A stretch of 63,708 nucleotides of DNA, counting the filler, from Octopus bimaculoides (Eukaryota), in NCBI RefSeq assembly GCF_001194135.2. It is 8 parts of 7 records of this genome, joined end to end, with 100 filler letters (N's around TTAATTAATTAA, not from the genome) between each part and the next. Parts side by side here need not be neighbours in the genome. Positions count along the whole stretch, not along the records: positions 44,909 to 51,554 come from NC_068988.1; positions 51,655 to 58,659 come from NC_069005.1; positions 58,760 to 61,355 come from NC_069001.1; positions 61,456 to 63,708 come from NC_068983.1; 4 more parts are not named here. One strand, written 5' to 3'. Position 1 is the stretch's first letter. Every line of letters begins with the position of its first letter. This document shows, piece after piece, positions 48,384 through 61,804 of the stretch. Under the pieces are notes generated by a model. The model was given only the letters and a program-made list of their open reading frames with translations, ran no database searches and was not told the DNA's origin. A program made the position numbers and the translations under genes.

Positions 48384-51300
48384 TTATTAGGTAGTATGAT
48401 TTCTTGTTTGTATTTGTCGGCTTCCTTAAATACTGAAAACAGTTTTTTGTTATGCTCGTGTTTTGTGGCTATTTGTATTAGTTTTCCTTGCTTCTGAAAT
48501 AGGTATTTTTGTAGTCCTATGGTGGTTATTTTATAATAGTTTTCCAGTTGTATAACGCCTCTACCACCTTCTGTACGTTGTATATATAGGCTTTCTATGT
48601 CAGATTTTGGGTGGTGCATCCTAGATTCTGTCATTATTTTTCTTGTTTTCCTGTCTATTTTGGTTTAATTCATGTAGGATATTGTAGCTGTAACCTATAA
48701 CTGGGACGGCTAAAATGTTAATATCTATTATCTTGTTCTTAGCTCTGTTTTCAGTATTGATCTAACTCATCTATAGTATTCTTTCTTTATTTTCTCTTTC
48801 ATTTGTGTGTGTTGTATCCTATCTACTTCATTGATTCCTAAATATTTGTATGTCTGGCTTTGGTGTAATTCTTTTATTTCATTGGCTTTATCTAGTGTGA
48901 TGTTGCTACTCTTTACTAGTTTTCCTCTTTTCAGGGTTGCTTTGGCACATTTTTCTAATCCGAATTTCATATCTATTTCTTTGGTAAATCCTTGTACTGT
49001 CTGTAATAGTGTTTCCAGCTGCTTATCATTTGTAGCGTATAGTTTTAGGTCATCCATATATAAAAGGTGGCTGATTGTTTTGTCGTAACATTTGTATCCG
49101 CATCCAGTTCTATTTAGCAATTCAGATAAAGGTGTCAGTGCCAAGCAGAACAGGAGTGAGGAGAGCGTATCTCCCCGGAATATTCCTCTTCTAATGGGGA
49201 TGGCTTTGGTTTTCACTAGTTTCTCTTTTGTTTGGAGCTGTAGCACTGTCTGCCATTTATTCATAGAGTGTCTTATGTATTTTATAATTATTGGTGCTAC
49301 CTTGTTTATGGCTAGTGTCAAAAGCCTTTCGGTAGTCGATCTAGGTCATACTGAGGTCTTTCTTCTTTCTGCGACTGTCTTCAATTATGGCTTTATTGAT
49401 CATTAATTGATCTTTATAGCCATATAAGCCCTTGCAGCATCCCTCTACTCTTCTGCGATATTATTGCAGTAAAGGCTTTGTAGATTGTAGGGAGACAGGT
49501 TAAAAGTCTGTAGTTTTGTGGTTTTGCCGTTTCTGTGGATTTGGGAATTCGGACAGTTTTCCCTTTCGTGAGCCATTTAGGCATTGTCTCTGGCTCTGCT
49601 AGTATATCGTTAAAGTTTTCAGCCAGCTTTTTGTGTATTCCTGTCAGATATTTTAACCAGAAGTTGGGGATCTTGTTGTGCCCAGGTGCCTTCCAGTTGA
49701 TTAGTCTTTGCAGTGCCTGGGTGACCTCTTCAGTTGCTATAGGAGTCCAGAGTTCGTTGTTTTAATAGACCTTTTCTGAGGTTGTTCCTTCACCGACCAT
49801 ATTTCTTTCCAAAATTCTTCCACTTCTGCTGTTGGTGCTGCAGTAATGTCTATTTTATTTTTGCCATGATCTTGGTAGAATTTTTGGGGGTTGGAGTTGA
49901 ACTGTCTGTTTTTTTCAAAGAAACGTTGGCGTTTCTCATCTCGGCGGATCCTTTGTGCTTTGGCAAGGATATCTTGCTTTAGCTTTTCTTTACCTCAGGT
50001 AAATCTTTTTCTGAAATGTATTTGTACAGTATTTTTGTTTTCTTGTTACTTAGTTGTGTTGATTGTCTACTAATTTCGTTAAAAATCGACAGATCTTTTC
50101 TCTTTTTATAATTTTTGTTTTGATAATATTTATCCACAGGGTTTGTTTGGGCGGTGGAACTCCTGTTTGGGTGGGTTTGAGTGAGTATCCTGCTTCTTTT
50201 GTGGCTGCAGTGGCTGCTGCATATATTATGTCATTTAGCTCAGTGATATTGCCATTTGTTTCTGTGGCTATAAGTTCCGTGACGGCCAGGTTCATGCTAT
50301 TTATTATTGATGTTGTTTTATTGACCATTTTGATTTTTGGGAGGTAGAATCGGTGGTCCATTTTGAGATGTGAGGTTTTCAGATCTTTGATTATTCTCAT
50401 TTTTGATAATATCATAATCATTAGTTTCCCCTTCACTGTTTCCAGGTTTTCGATTTGTTTCGCCTTCCTTCTCATTCATGTTTGTCTGTGGTGTTCTGGA
50501 TTGGTGCTTTTTGTACATTATTATACATCCCTACGGTCTGAGTTTGTTGTTTTTTGTTTACTTCGTTTTAGTTGGAAATGTTACGTTTGTGTTCGTGTTT
50601 TATATTAGTGTTTATATTATTTGGCATTGCTGTGTGGTTACTATCTAGATTTTCCTGATATGTTTTTCCTTTTAATTGTTCTATTTCTATTTCTGATATT
50701 TTTTTTGCTTTGAGTATATATCTTCATATGTTAGCTAGTTTATTAGGGTTCATTGCTGTATCCAAGTCTTTATTTAGGTTATTTTTCTTCCATATTTTAT
50801 ATGTATATGTTGTTGAGTTTTCGTTCTTTGGGTAGAGCACTGCTGCAAAATAAGCGTGTAGGATTGACGTATATTCCTCACGTATCCATTTATGCCCTTT
50901 TTGGTTTTATTTGCGTGATATGTCCGGCCCTTTATTTTGACGGTCATCATTTTCGTAGGGTACCAGTCCGTTCACTTCTTTTGTCAAATTGTTTTGCACG
51001 TGTAGTTTTTCGTACTTTTTGTGTAAGAAAAAGTACGCACTTCCCGATTGTTATTCTTGGGTTGAATAATACCGGTATTATTTAATTTATTTGTAATTTT
51101 TTATACATGGTGTTTGGGACCGGAGAGGGTCTGGTGTTGATGGATCGTAATGTATGAAGCGTGTTTACATGTGCTGTGCGAGCAGTGGAGATGATATCCA
51201 GTTAAAATACATAATTTCATTTGGAAAATAGAAATAAATTTCAATGAGTATTACTTACTCGGATATAGTCCAACCCATTGTCAGCTATTTTTGGCTCCAT

Positions 51301-51388
51301 GCGATGTCTTTATTTCCGATGTTTTTGGATAAATTTCGGAGTAGTGTTTTATCGCTCTCACATGTTAAACGTCCCCGTTGTATTCTTC

Positions 51389-51390
<2 letters not shown>
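48384..51390 (-). mobile_element. R4/Dong-like non-LTR retrotransposon: 5' UTR, N-terminal region and RT; 3' RLE missing here; frameshifted
   Basis: HKWIREEYTSILHAY; PGHNKIPNFWLKYL; IRRGIFRGDTLSSLLFCLALTPLS...ISHLLYMDDLKLY...MKFGLEKCAK; MHHPKSDIESLYIQRTEGGRG. Confidence 0.9.
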
Positions 51391-51449
<59 letters not shown>

Positions 51450-51554
51450 GTTCAGTAGTTTTATTTTTATAACGTGCTTTCACTTCACTACCGAGCGCAG
51501 CTCAGTGCGCCTTGGGTATGTGCTGTGGTTTGCTGTGTTGCTCTTATGGTTACT
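51450..51554 (-). mobile_element. 3' UTR of another family-1 R4/Dong-like copy, with (TAA)n tail 51391-51449
   Basis: Near-exact reverse complement of 29505-29610. Confidence 0.9.
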
Positions 51555-51654
51555 NNNNNNNNNNNNNNNNNNNNNNNNNNNNNNNNNNNNNNNNNNNNTT
51601 AATTAATTAANNNNNNNNNNNNNNNNNNNNNNNNNNNNNNNNNNNNNNNNNNNN

Positions 51655-52357
51655 TGAACCAATATTTACATGTGAGAGACACTAGCAGTACTCCCAGTAC
51701 GTGGAGAACCAAGCTTTGATCCCTTATTTAAAATAAGACCCCTCATCGACTGCGTTCAAAATGCATATAAAACATTTTACAAGCCTGCGAGATACTTGTC
51801 CGTCGATGAGGGCATGGTGGGGTATAAAGGAAGGGTACGCTTCCGACAGTATATGCCAGGAAAGCCACAAAATGGGGGATCAAAGTTTGGAAAATTTGTG
51901 AGGCAAATACTGGGTACTGCTGTGGATTTAGCTTTTATACAGGGAAAAGAGACAATAATGTTAGTCAGCATGGCCTTGGGTACGATGTGGTCTGGAATTT
52001 ATCACTTCCATACCATAACCAGGGCGGTCAAACTAAAGCGTTTGATCCGGTGACAAAAATAAAAAAATATTAGTCTGATAGGTGTAAAACAACTCGCTGG
52101 GAACGAATATGAAGAAAAAAATGCGCGCTCGTGAACAGGGTGGGTGGGGAGAGGGCTCGGAACATTCACATCGTGAATGTTCCGAGACACCTCACCGGCG
52201 CCAAGAAACAAAAGAAAAATAGTGTAATAGATGTAAAACGACTTGCTTTGAAAGAATATCAAGAACACACACACACACACATATATAACATTGGTCTAAA
52301 TTCATGATTATTTTAGAATTTAATTGAAACTCAAAAATATAGTAACGTAAGGGTTAA
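51655..52357 (+). mobile_element. piggyBac remnant: central transposase fragment, internal deletion, 3' terminus ...aaggg|TTAA
   Basis: KIRPLIDCVQNAYKTFYKPARYLSVDEGMVGYKGRVRFRQYMPGKP / KWGIKVWKICEANTGYCCGFSFYTGK; ggg at 52351-52353, TTAA at 52354-52357. Confidence 0.85.
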
Positions 52358-53516
52358 TAATGTGTCAATTAATAATTTACGATTTTACCTAATAAAATAC
52401 TGAAAGATAATATTTCAATTTTTCCATGTAAGTGATGATAATATTTCAATTTTTTTCATGTTTAATTTAAATATATGTTGTGATTGAATTATTTGATATT
52501 ACCCATCCACACCAAATTAATGGCATGGATTTTTACTGTATTGCTGATTGACCATGGCTCACCAAAAGCTACAAACAAGACCCCAAAACAATCAGTTACC
52601 AGGCTCACCTTAAGTAACCTAATTTTTTTTAATATTAGGAGGTCACAGGAATTCATTCAATGAAAAAAAAAAATTTTCCAATGATTCCGGGATTGGGGGG
52701 GGGGGATCCTCCCACCTCATTTTTTCCGAACCAAAATAAGGGATTTGCAGCATATTAGGTCAGGGTACTTGATTCCATGCAAAAGATCAATTTTCTTTTT
52801 ATTCTGAGTGAAAATCGTGCAGGTGTTAATATATAGAAATTGACCATAATGTTGTTATTTAGCCTCAAATAAATCCTGATACTGCAAACATTCTTTATTC
52901 TTATTGCTTAAGCGTTACTTCTTACTTTCTTACATTAAATTTCATAACATTTTACCTCATAAATGTTTTTCGACTAATAATAGTTCAATGCGACTAACAA
53001 TTCTGAATTCCTCATGCATTTTTGTATCATTTAAGCCTAAGAAAAGTATACTTCTAATTTAAAATAAAAAAATTCATATTATTGCCCACTTGAGGTCTGA
53101 CATATTTTGATGTAACTTTTTTTTCTACTGAACCAAATCTCAAACTATTTATACCAAAGTGTAGCTGAAGAGGTGTCCTCTTTAAAACTATTAACAGTTT
53201 GCAATTTAGTTGAGAACTGAATTACTGGTGAAGCTTGGAAACTGCTGCGATTGACAAAATGGTGAACTTAAGAATATATTCAACCACTACTGTGGTTGAA
53301 TGATACAGAGTGATAAAGAGTGTGGGGAAGAGATATATATATACATATTACATATAAGTGTAAAAAAATACAGAGAGTGATAAAGAGAAAGGGAAGCCAT
53401 AAAAGAAAGAGAGCTTGGTGGAGATAGATTGAGAGTGGGAGATTTGTCGATTTAAAAGTTGAGTCATTTCTCAGCAGTTTATATTTTTTGATTAATTATA
53501 ACTGAATACCTTTTCA

Positions 53517-53582
53517 TCATCATCATCATCATCATCATCATCGTTTAACGTCCGCTTTCCATGCTAGCATGGGTTGGACGAT
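53517..53582 (-). mobile_element. Short 3' tip of an RTE-type (ATG)n-tailed element
   Basis: (cat)n cgtttaacgtccgctttccatgctagcatgggttggacg, identical to 58460-58506. Confidence 0.75.
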
Positions 53583-55159
53583 ATTTGTATTGCATACATG
53601 AGTATATATATATGTTTATATGTGGATGTATGTATATGGATATGTGTGTGTGTGTATACATAGACATATAAATTCAAATGTATATGAGTCTATGTTTATT
53701 ACATGCATCTCTAACTCCCTTTGTTATATTACTAGTGTTTTTTCTTTATTACCCACTCTAGCTATCTATAGGGCTCCTCATTACATAAATCCAATCATTG
53801 AAGCTAGTTAAGTTTATAACAAAGTGTGGAGAATTTTATTTTGTTTTAATCTGGCCAGTCTCAAGATAAGAGAAACTGAGGTTTATTATTCTCTTTTCTG
53901 TCTTTCCTCCATACATGCTGATAATTTTTATTAACACATTCCTAGTTTCAGTTTAAATTTTTATTTCTGCCTCTGAGTTGTGTCTTTATCTCTGTTTTCA
54001 TTTGCATTGATCTATCTCTCTATCCCTCGTGCTCTTCATCTTTATCTCTTAATTTACACCTCTTGTTTAATCTACACTGACCTCTCTTTATCAACAACAT
54101 CCCTTTATCTTTTCATTTCTACATACACCACTTTCTGTCTCCTTGTTTCTCTTATCACCACATTTTCACCCCCCAGTCTCCACATCTTCATTTACATCTC
54201 TACTTTTCCTGGCTAGTTCTACAACCCTCTTGCCTATCAACATTGTTCTTTCTGTCTCCTCTCCATATAAGTTTCTGTTTCCTTCTCTCTCTGCTTTTCT
54301 TAACTACCAATACATCCTTCTCTCTTCCCCTCTCTCTGCATACCTGCCTCTAATTCTTCCTGATCTCACTCTCTCCCTATCTCAGCAACATGGGCCTCAG
54401 TAGAGCCAAGTATCCTTAGGACAGTATTGTCTTTAAAATCCAAAGAAACTGGCAGTTTAAAGACATAAAAATAATGTTCCTTACATGGAACTTAGCAGAA
54501 GGATTACCACTAAACAGCCTAATTGTAGAGGAGACCCTAACAATGGCTCAAATAGAAATAGAAAAAGAATGAATTCATTTGTTCATATACTTTGATTAAA
54601 TTGCACATTGAGTTGTTAGACAGTATCTTCAAAGAGGAGGATGAAGCAATGCAAAAGCAAAACCAGTGACATACTCCCAACTAACTCAATGGAATTGGAG
54701 AAGGGTCAGAGTGATGCTGTGAGAGAGGAACACAAAAAAACAGACATCATCAAAAGAGAACAACAGCAGCAAAGCAAAAGTCCACCAGGAAAAACTGAAG
54801 GAGATGAAGATGAAGCTGAAGACATAAGCAAGCAAGCAAGAAAGCTGAGGACAGCCATAGGCTTAAGGTGAATGCAAAAACAAAAAAAAAGAGAACCATC
54901 AGGATCAACAAGGACACAAAACCAGATCACAATACACAATGCCTCCTGCTTGGAAATATGCAGATGGTGCATGTACTGCTCCTAAGAGGAAACAATAAGT
55001 AGAAGCAGTGTTGACGGCAGCAGCTATTTTTTTGATATGACACATATGACTGAAAACAGCTGACCTGGTTTCACCAGACATTGAGTCAGGGAAACTTGTA
55101 CCAGCACTCAACACTACCACAAGCAACAAAAGATCCAAGGTGGCTACATCTGATGCCTT

Positions 55160-55700
55160 CACATATGTCACACCAGTATTCCTACTAAATGTCAGGGGCT
55201 TTGTAACAGCTCACCAGTGCAAAACCCCATACATGAGAGACTTGGTTTCATGTAATCAAGTATTATGCATGGTACTAAAAGAAACACATCTGACCACTGA
55301 TGTGACAGATGCTGAGATACAAAAACTGAAGCATATTGCATTTCAAATTGACAGGAGAGAAAGGGGTCATGGTGGAATCACAGTGTACATCTGGGAAGAT
55401 GTCATGCCTGTAGTCCCGCTGTCACACTCAAACTCAGTCGGTGACACTCTGGTGGTAGTATTAAACAGATCAAAATGGTAACATGTACTACACAGAGACC
55501 ACCAGAAACTCCAAATCATGGGAACTCATTCAAGGACAGCCTCAAAAAATTAGAAGAAGTATTGACCAGCCTTAATGACAGCCATTACATACTTCTAGAC
55601 ACCTCCAATCTCCCTAATGTTGAATGGCTTGAGGGCCACCTTCTCTCTGGTGTATCTTTGACTTCACAAACAGGCTCTTCATGGAGCAAATAATACTCTG
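55160..55700 (+). pseudogene. Apurinic-like endonuclease of a CR1/L2-type LINE ORF2 (upstream 54640-55160 possibly a decayed ORF1)
   Basis: FLLNVRG...LKETHLTTDVTDAEI...IDRRERGHGGITVY...(Y)RPPE...ILL(G)DTSNLPNVEW; frameshifted. Confidence 0.75.
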
Positions 55701-56395
55701 CCCAACAAGGGGTAAAAATGTTCTGGCCGTGAGAGAAGGAAGGTAATTTAAATTCTTAAAAGAGACAAGGAAACAGTTCATAAGTACTGAAATGGTCAGT
55801 CTTAACCTCCTTATTACTTTATCATCTCTGACCACCTTATTTTACTCTTCACTTCATTCTTTAGTCTGCTTAGAATTTTCTTCTTTTTAATCTGACCATT
55901 AAGATAGAATAGTAATTTATAGTCAACCTAACCATTTCCTTTCATCTATTTCTTTTATTTATTTTGTATTTTGATTGTAATCATGTTTTCTCTGTTCCTA
56001 TATCTATGGCTTTAGCTTTGTCTGTAAACTGTTGGGAATGACACATCAATCTGGGTATACATTATCACACTGAGTGAAATGGCAAGAGGATCTAAGAACT
56101 TATTTAAACAATCACCTTAGGAAACTCATTTTAAATCTGGGATGTAAGATAATGATTGCACAAGATCTTACCAACGTACTAAACGTTTAAGAATGTGTCA
56201 AAACAAATATAGTGATTTTTAAATAAAGAATGTCATTAATTCCATTTTCTACTACTTGTCTAAACTACAGATACTATGGAATTCCTGATCTATATCCAAT
56301 AGCAGGAGGATTTCCACTGTATGATGACATTAGGTAGCGAATAACTGTAAATGAGCTTTGCATAGAATTCTACATGGTTTTTACCCAATACTTGT

Positions 56396-56435
<40 letters not shown>

Positions 56436-58343
56436 CAATAAGAAAATGTGGGGGAATAGGTGGTATTCATCAACTTGCAGACATTGTATTGTGTCAATTT
56501 ACCTGTTTATTTGTTAACTAAAAGGACAATAATAACAATATACAAACACATGCGACATATTATGTCATATCAGTAATTAAAAAAGAACATCTAGTTACCG
56601 TAAATGGGACAATGACTTACAGTTGTTTCAGTCTAGAGGTGACATGCCTCATTCTATCTATATAACTCCAGTAGGCTGAAGTAATTGATAGATGAAATGG
56701 ATGAAATAGAGGTACATGGATGAATCTCAAGGCCTCTTCAGAGATTTTTTATAAAGTTCATGAAGTTAATTTAAAATATCCAAATACAAACATATAAAAA
56801 ATTGTAAAAACTCACATATATATGCATACTTTAACATATATATATATAAATATACATAAATACATATATGTACATTTAAATGTACATACAAAAATGTCTA
56901 TACATGCACACCAATGAGTCAATTATAATTGTTATTATACATGAGGAGGACACATATATACACCCACCCACACATACATACATATATGTATACATAAACA
57001 TTCCTGTACAGACATGTTCCCTGGTACATATGCATTAGTTGCGTTTGGAAAGGAGGACTGGTGCATTGGTTCCTATTGCTATATTTTCAGCATAATGTCC
57101 AGACCTATATATATATATATATAGATATATTTATATCAGAGACCTATGGGGTACGTACATGTCAGTCATGTTTGTAACAAAGGAATTTATAAAATAGTTT
57201 CTGAGAATTGTTACAATGATATACAGACTTCTATAAACCTGTGATGAGTTACTCCGTTATTTTTCTGCTTATGGAGTAGTTGGAATCCTGCTGGTAGTGG
57301 GGAGGGGTAATTTTTGCTGTTCAGTCCCCTCATCTAATTGGTCATCTATTGTTTTAAAATGTCTTGGCTTAGCTACAGTTGGAGAACCATTAATCGGTCA
57401 AATGAGTTAGGCATGAATATATATATATATATATATATACATACATATACATTCATGTATATATACGTGCTCATATACGCGCACACACACACATACATAC
57501 TCACATACCTATATATACTTGTATAAATGGAGTGTATTTGGATAATACAAAGACTAAACAAATTATCAGAAAGTTTATATGCAGATATAAATAAATATTC
57601 GTATGTATGTATACACACATACACGACCACACTACAATAAGGGGTAAAGTAACAAAACAATAACACAGCAATACTATAAGACTGCTCATATATATCTTCT
57701 TGGTATGTTGTCTTTAAACGCTAAGATTACGTCTAGAATACAGTCTCCAATTACTCACTAAAACCCCTTCATATATAAATTATACCTACATATTTTCAAA
57801 TTGTAGTTAATTTTGGTAAAAATACGATCAAAAGCTATTGTACCCGACCAATTGTCTTGGATTATGCTTAAAATTTATTATGTCTGACAGCAGGATTCCC
57901 TATATAGTTGAGTCACTAAACTAATAAACTCCTATGGTAGTTATTCATAAACTTAGTGATTCGTCTATTTCTATATCTAATTACTTCTACTGTTAAATTT
58001 ATATTTGGGACACTTTTTATTTTACAAACATGAGTGAATGGAGGTAACCCTAGATTTGAGTATCTTCAATAACTTATTAATCTAACGACTAATTAACCAA
58101 TTCATCAGTCCACCCATCAATCAGCCAATCATTCAACCACTCAAATAAGTAAATAATTAATTGATTAATCAATCAATCAATCTAAACCATGGTTAAAAAT
58201 AGCATTACATACCAGAGTCCATAACCAAAAATATACCCATACATTTGTAATACACACATACATACGCATACACACCCACACATGTACACATACACACACG
58301 CACACATACACACACACTCCCCCATATATATATATACCTATAT

Positions 58344-58384
<41 letters not shown>

Positions 58385-58453
58385 TTAACGTCCGCTTTCC
58401 ATGTTAAATGACGATGATGATGATGATGATATATAGGTATATATATATATATA

Positions 58454-58659
58454 TCATCCTCATCATCGTTTAACGTCCGCTTTCCATGCTAGCATGGGTT
58501 GGACGATTTGACTGAGGACTGGTGGACCAGGTGGCTACACCAGGCTCCAATCTGATTTGGCAGAGTTTCTACAGCTGGATGCCCTTCCTAACGCCAACCA
58601 CTCAGAGAGTGTAGTGGGTGCTTTTACATGCCACCGGCACGAAGGCCAGTCAGGCGGTA
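58454..58659 (-). mobile_element. RTE-type (ATG)n-tailed element, 3' end
   Basis: gtttctacagctggatgcccttcctaacgccaacc motif; runs into a scaffold join. Confidence 0.7.
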
Positions 58660-58759
58660 NNNNNNNNNNNNNNNNNNNNNNNNNNNNNNNNNNNNNNNNN
58701 NNNTTAATTAATTAANNNNNNNNNNNNNNNNNNNNNNNNNNNNNNNNNNNNNNNNNNNN

Positions 58760-58811
<52 letters not shown>

Positions 58812-59263
58812 CTAATTAGTATGAATAGGACTTGGTGATTTAGTTTAAAGAAAAATTCATTTGAAAATATGTTTTGTTATCTAAATATATATTGTATATG
58901 AACCTTTCATACACACACATACGCACACATATACACATACATTTGCATATATTTATACACACACATATGTACATATATATACATGTGTGTTTGTGTATAT
59001 ATATATGTATATATATATATATATATATACACATACACACACACAGAGGTAAGATAGGTTATACAAACAGAAATTTTAACAAACGTTCAGGCACGAAACT
59101 AAAGGCCTTTCATTCACTTATGTACTTACTGATTTATACCTAATATATGTGTGTATGTATGAATGTATGTATGCATGCATGTATGTATATATGTATACAC
59201 GTAATAGCTGTATGAATGAATCAATCAAAGAATCAATCAATCAGTCAATCAGTCAATAGATAT

Positions 59264-59306
59264 TCCTGCCTGAAGATCGCCGTGACTTGAAACTCGAGTC
59301 GTGGGA
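59264..59306 (+). ncRNA. Solitary minimal hammerhead-like motif
   Basis: UCCUGC CUGAAGA UCGCCGUGACUU GAAA CUCGAG UC GUGGGA: intact core, palindromic stem III, 6-bp stem I with 2 GU pairs, weak stem II. Confidence 0.5.
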
Positions 59307-60617
59307 CAAGTTCTCAGTTTCAGTTTTAATATAAAATCTACAAAACATGCGCGCGCGCACTTAGGCGTGCACACACATACCTAATACACATATACGCACA
59401 CAGAATTCCTGTTAGCCATAGGATTAAATAATTACTCACAATGCACCAGGATTCCCACATCTTCCATAAATAGCAACATGCTGCTTTAAGCCAACAAGCA
59501 CACCGACCCTTCAACGAACTTCGAACATTATTCCACGGGCTTTGCCCCTGTGATCTCCAAACTTTATTGTTATCTTTGAAAAGGCGCAACAGTGTGACCC
59601 ATTCCAAGAAACGCACCAATCAGACCCAGGCGATTATTGTCGCATTCATTATCATCTTGAACTGAAGGGTACTCATTTACTCGTATCTATATACATGTAT
59701 ATATGTCTGTCATACCGGCCATGATGAAATACCACAAGGTATAGAAAATACGTATTCGCCTTTATATATTTAATCCTTTATATTGAACAATCAATATTTC
59801 ATCTATTCAATAAGACATATTCCATATACTCAATAAGACATTCAATACTTTATTTCATTGTACCATACATTTTTATTTTATATTATATATTGTATATTAT
59901 GTTATATATTGTATATTCCATATTCTATATCCCACATTGGTTTTTCAGGAATATAAATAAAACATAAAAAATAGACAGTGTTGGAACTCTTTTAAACAAA
60001 ATAATATATTCCTCTATACNNNNNNNNNNNNNNNNNNNNNNNNNNNNNNNNNNNNNNNNNNNNNNNNNNNNNNNNNNNNNNNNNNNNNNNNNNNNNNNNN
60101 NNNNNNNNNNNNNNNNNNNNNNNNNNNNNNNNNNNNNNNNNNNNNNNNNNNNNNNNNNNNNNNNNNNNNNNNNNNNNNNNNNNNNNNNNNNNNNNNNNNN
60201 NNNNNNNNNNNNNNNNNNNNNNNNNNNNNNNNNNNNNNNNNNNNNNNNNNNNNNNNNNNNNNNNNNNNNNNNNNNNNNNNNNNNNNNNNNNNNNNNNNNN
60301 NNNNNNNNNNNNNNNNNNNNNNNNNNNNNNNNNNNNNNNNNNNNNNNNNNNNNNNNNNNNNNNNNNNNNNNNNNNNNNNNNNNNNNNNNNNNNNNNNNNN
60401 NNNNNNNNNNNNNNNNNNNNNNNNNNNNNNNNNNNNNNNNNNNNNNNNNNNNNNNNNNNNNNNNNNNNNNNNNNNNNNNNNNNNNNNNNNNNNNNNNNNN
60501 NNNNNNNNNNNNNNNNNNNNNNNNNNNNNNNNNNNNNNNNNNNNNNNNNNNNNNNNNNNNNNNNNNNNNNNNNNNNNNNNNNNNNNNNNNNNNNNNNNNN
60601 NNNNNNNNNNNNNNNNN

Positions 60618-60655
<38 letters not shown>

Positions 60656-61258
60656 TATATACATATTTGCAAACATATCTGTTTATGTGCATATATTCAA
60701 ATATACATACACACAGACACACACACAATATATACACCACACACAGACACACACACACGCATACAGACAAACATATATGTGACACATATGTGCACATGCC
60801 TTCCTATGATTTCGTCCATATTGTTTACAAAACATACGTGAGCTTATGTGTATATATGCGTGTAGGTGTTTGTATGTACCTACGGACACACGAGGGCAAG
60901 CATGATTTCAACAGCGTACATCTTAACGTAAATCGAATAGATAAATACGTATCGTGCGTATACTTATATGTATATATATACGTCTATATACATACGTGTG
61001 TGTGTATGTGTATATACAGATATGTTGATGCAAAGGGGAAAAATAGAAATCAGAATATGAGAATATATATATTTTTATTAATATTTAGCAGAAGCAAGAA
61101 AGTGACTCAAGATCCGAGAGTTTCGTGCGTTGGCAACGCAAGACATTCGGACCTTGAGTCAGTATGATACTTCTGCTAATTGTTAATAATAAAAAAGCTA
61201 TATATATACATATAGGGAGAGAGAGAGATATATATATATATGCGTGTGTATTTATATG

Positions 61259-61355
<97 letters not shown>

Positions 61356-61689
61356 NNNNNNNNNNNNNNNNNNNNNNNNNNNNNNNNNNNNNNNNNNNNT
61401 TAATTAATTAANNNNNNNNNNNNNNNNNNNNNNNNNNNNNNNNNNNNNNNNNNNNATATATATATATATATACATCGGCAATTATATTACTCTCCACCTC
61501 TGCTACTTCTCCCTTAGTAGCCTCATTATTAACCCCTCACTCTTCTCGAACTATTTTTCTCCTCTCACCACACCCTGTCTTAATACCCCCCCCCCAGTTT
61601 CCCCTCTAATACACTTACCTTTCCACACTTAATCATTCTACTTTTGGACTTCTCTGCATCAAGATCTGAAATGTAAGACCTTCTCTACC

Positions 61690-61804
61690 CTGATGATGGA
61701 GGCTCATCTCATCCTATGTTAAATGCATCCATACGGCCGCATTTTGTGATGAACTACATCTACCAATATTATTATGGGTCGCCGGGCCCCCAGAAACAGC
61801 TGTT
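61690..61804 (+). ncRNA. Hammerhead-like core with a ~95-nt insertion in stem II (degenerate)
   Basis: CUGAUGA UGG...CCA GAAA CAGCUG UU; same UGG/CCA and CAGCUG as 38184-38239; stem I does not pair. Confidence 0.3.

Noticed and set aside
48245-48634. Poly-Glu C-terminus on the Dong-like ORF
   Set aside because: Read-through into the (GAA)n microsatellite at the truncation point, not a real protein tail.
54470-54570. FLTWNLAEGLP as an endonuclease/phosphatase N-terminal motif
   Set aside because: Isolated motif followed by a stop; the real APE motifs begin at ~55170.
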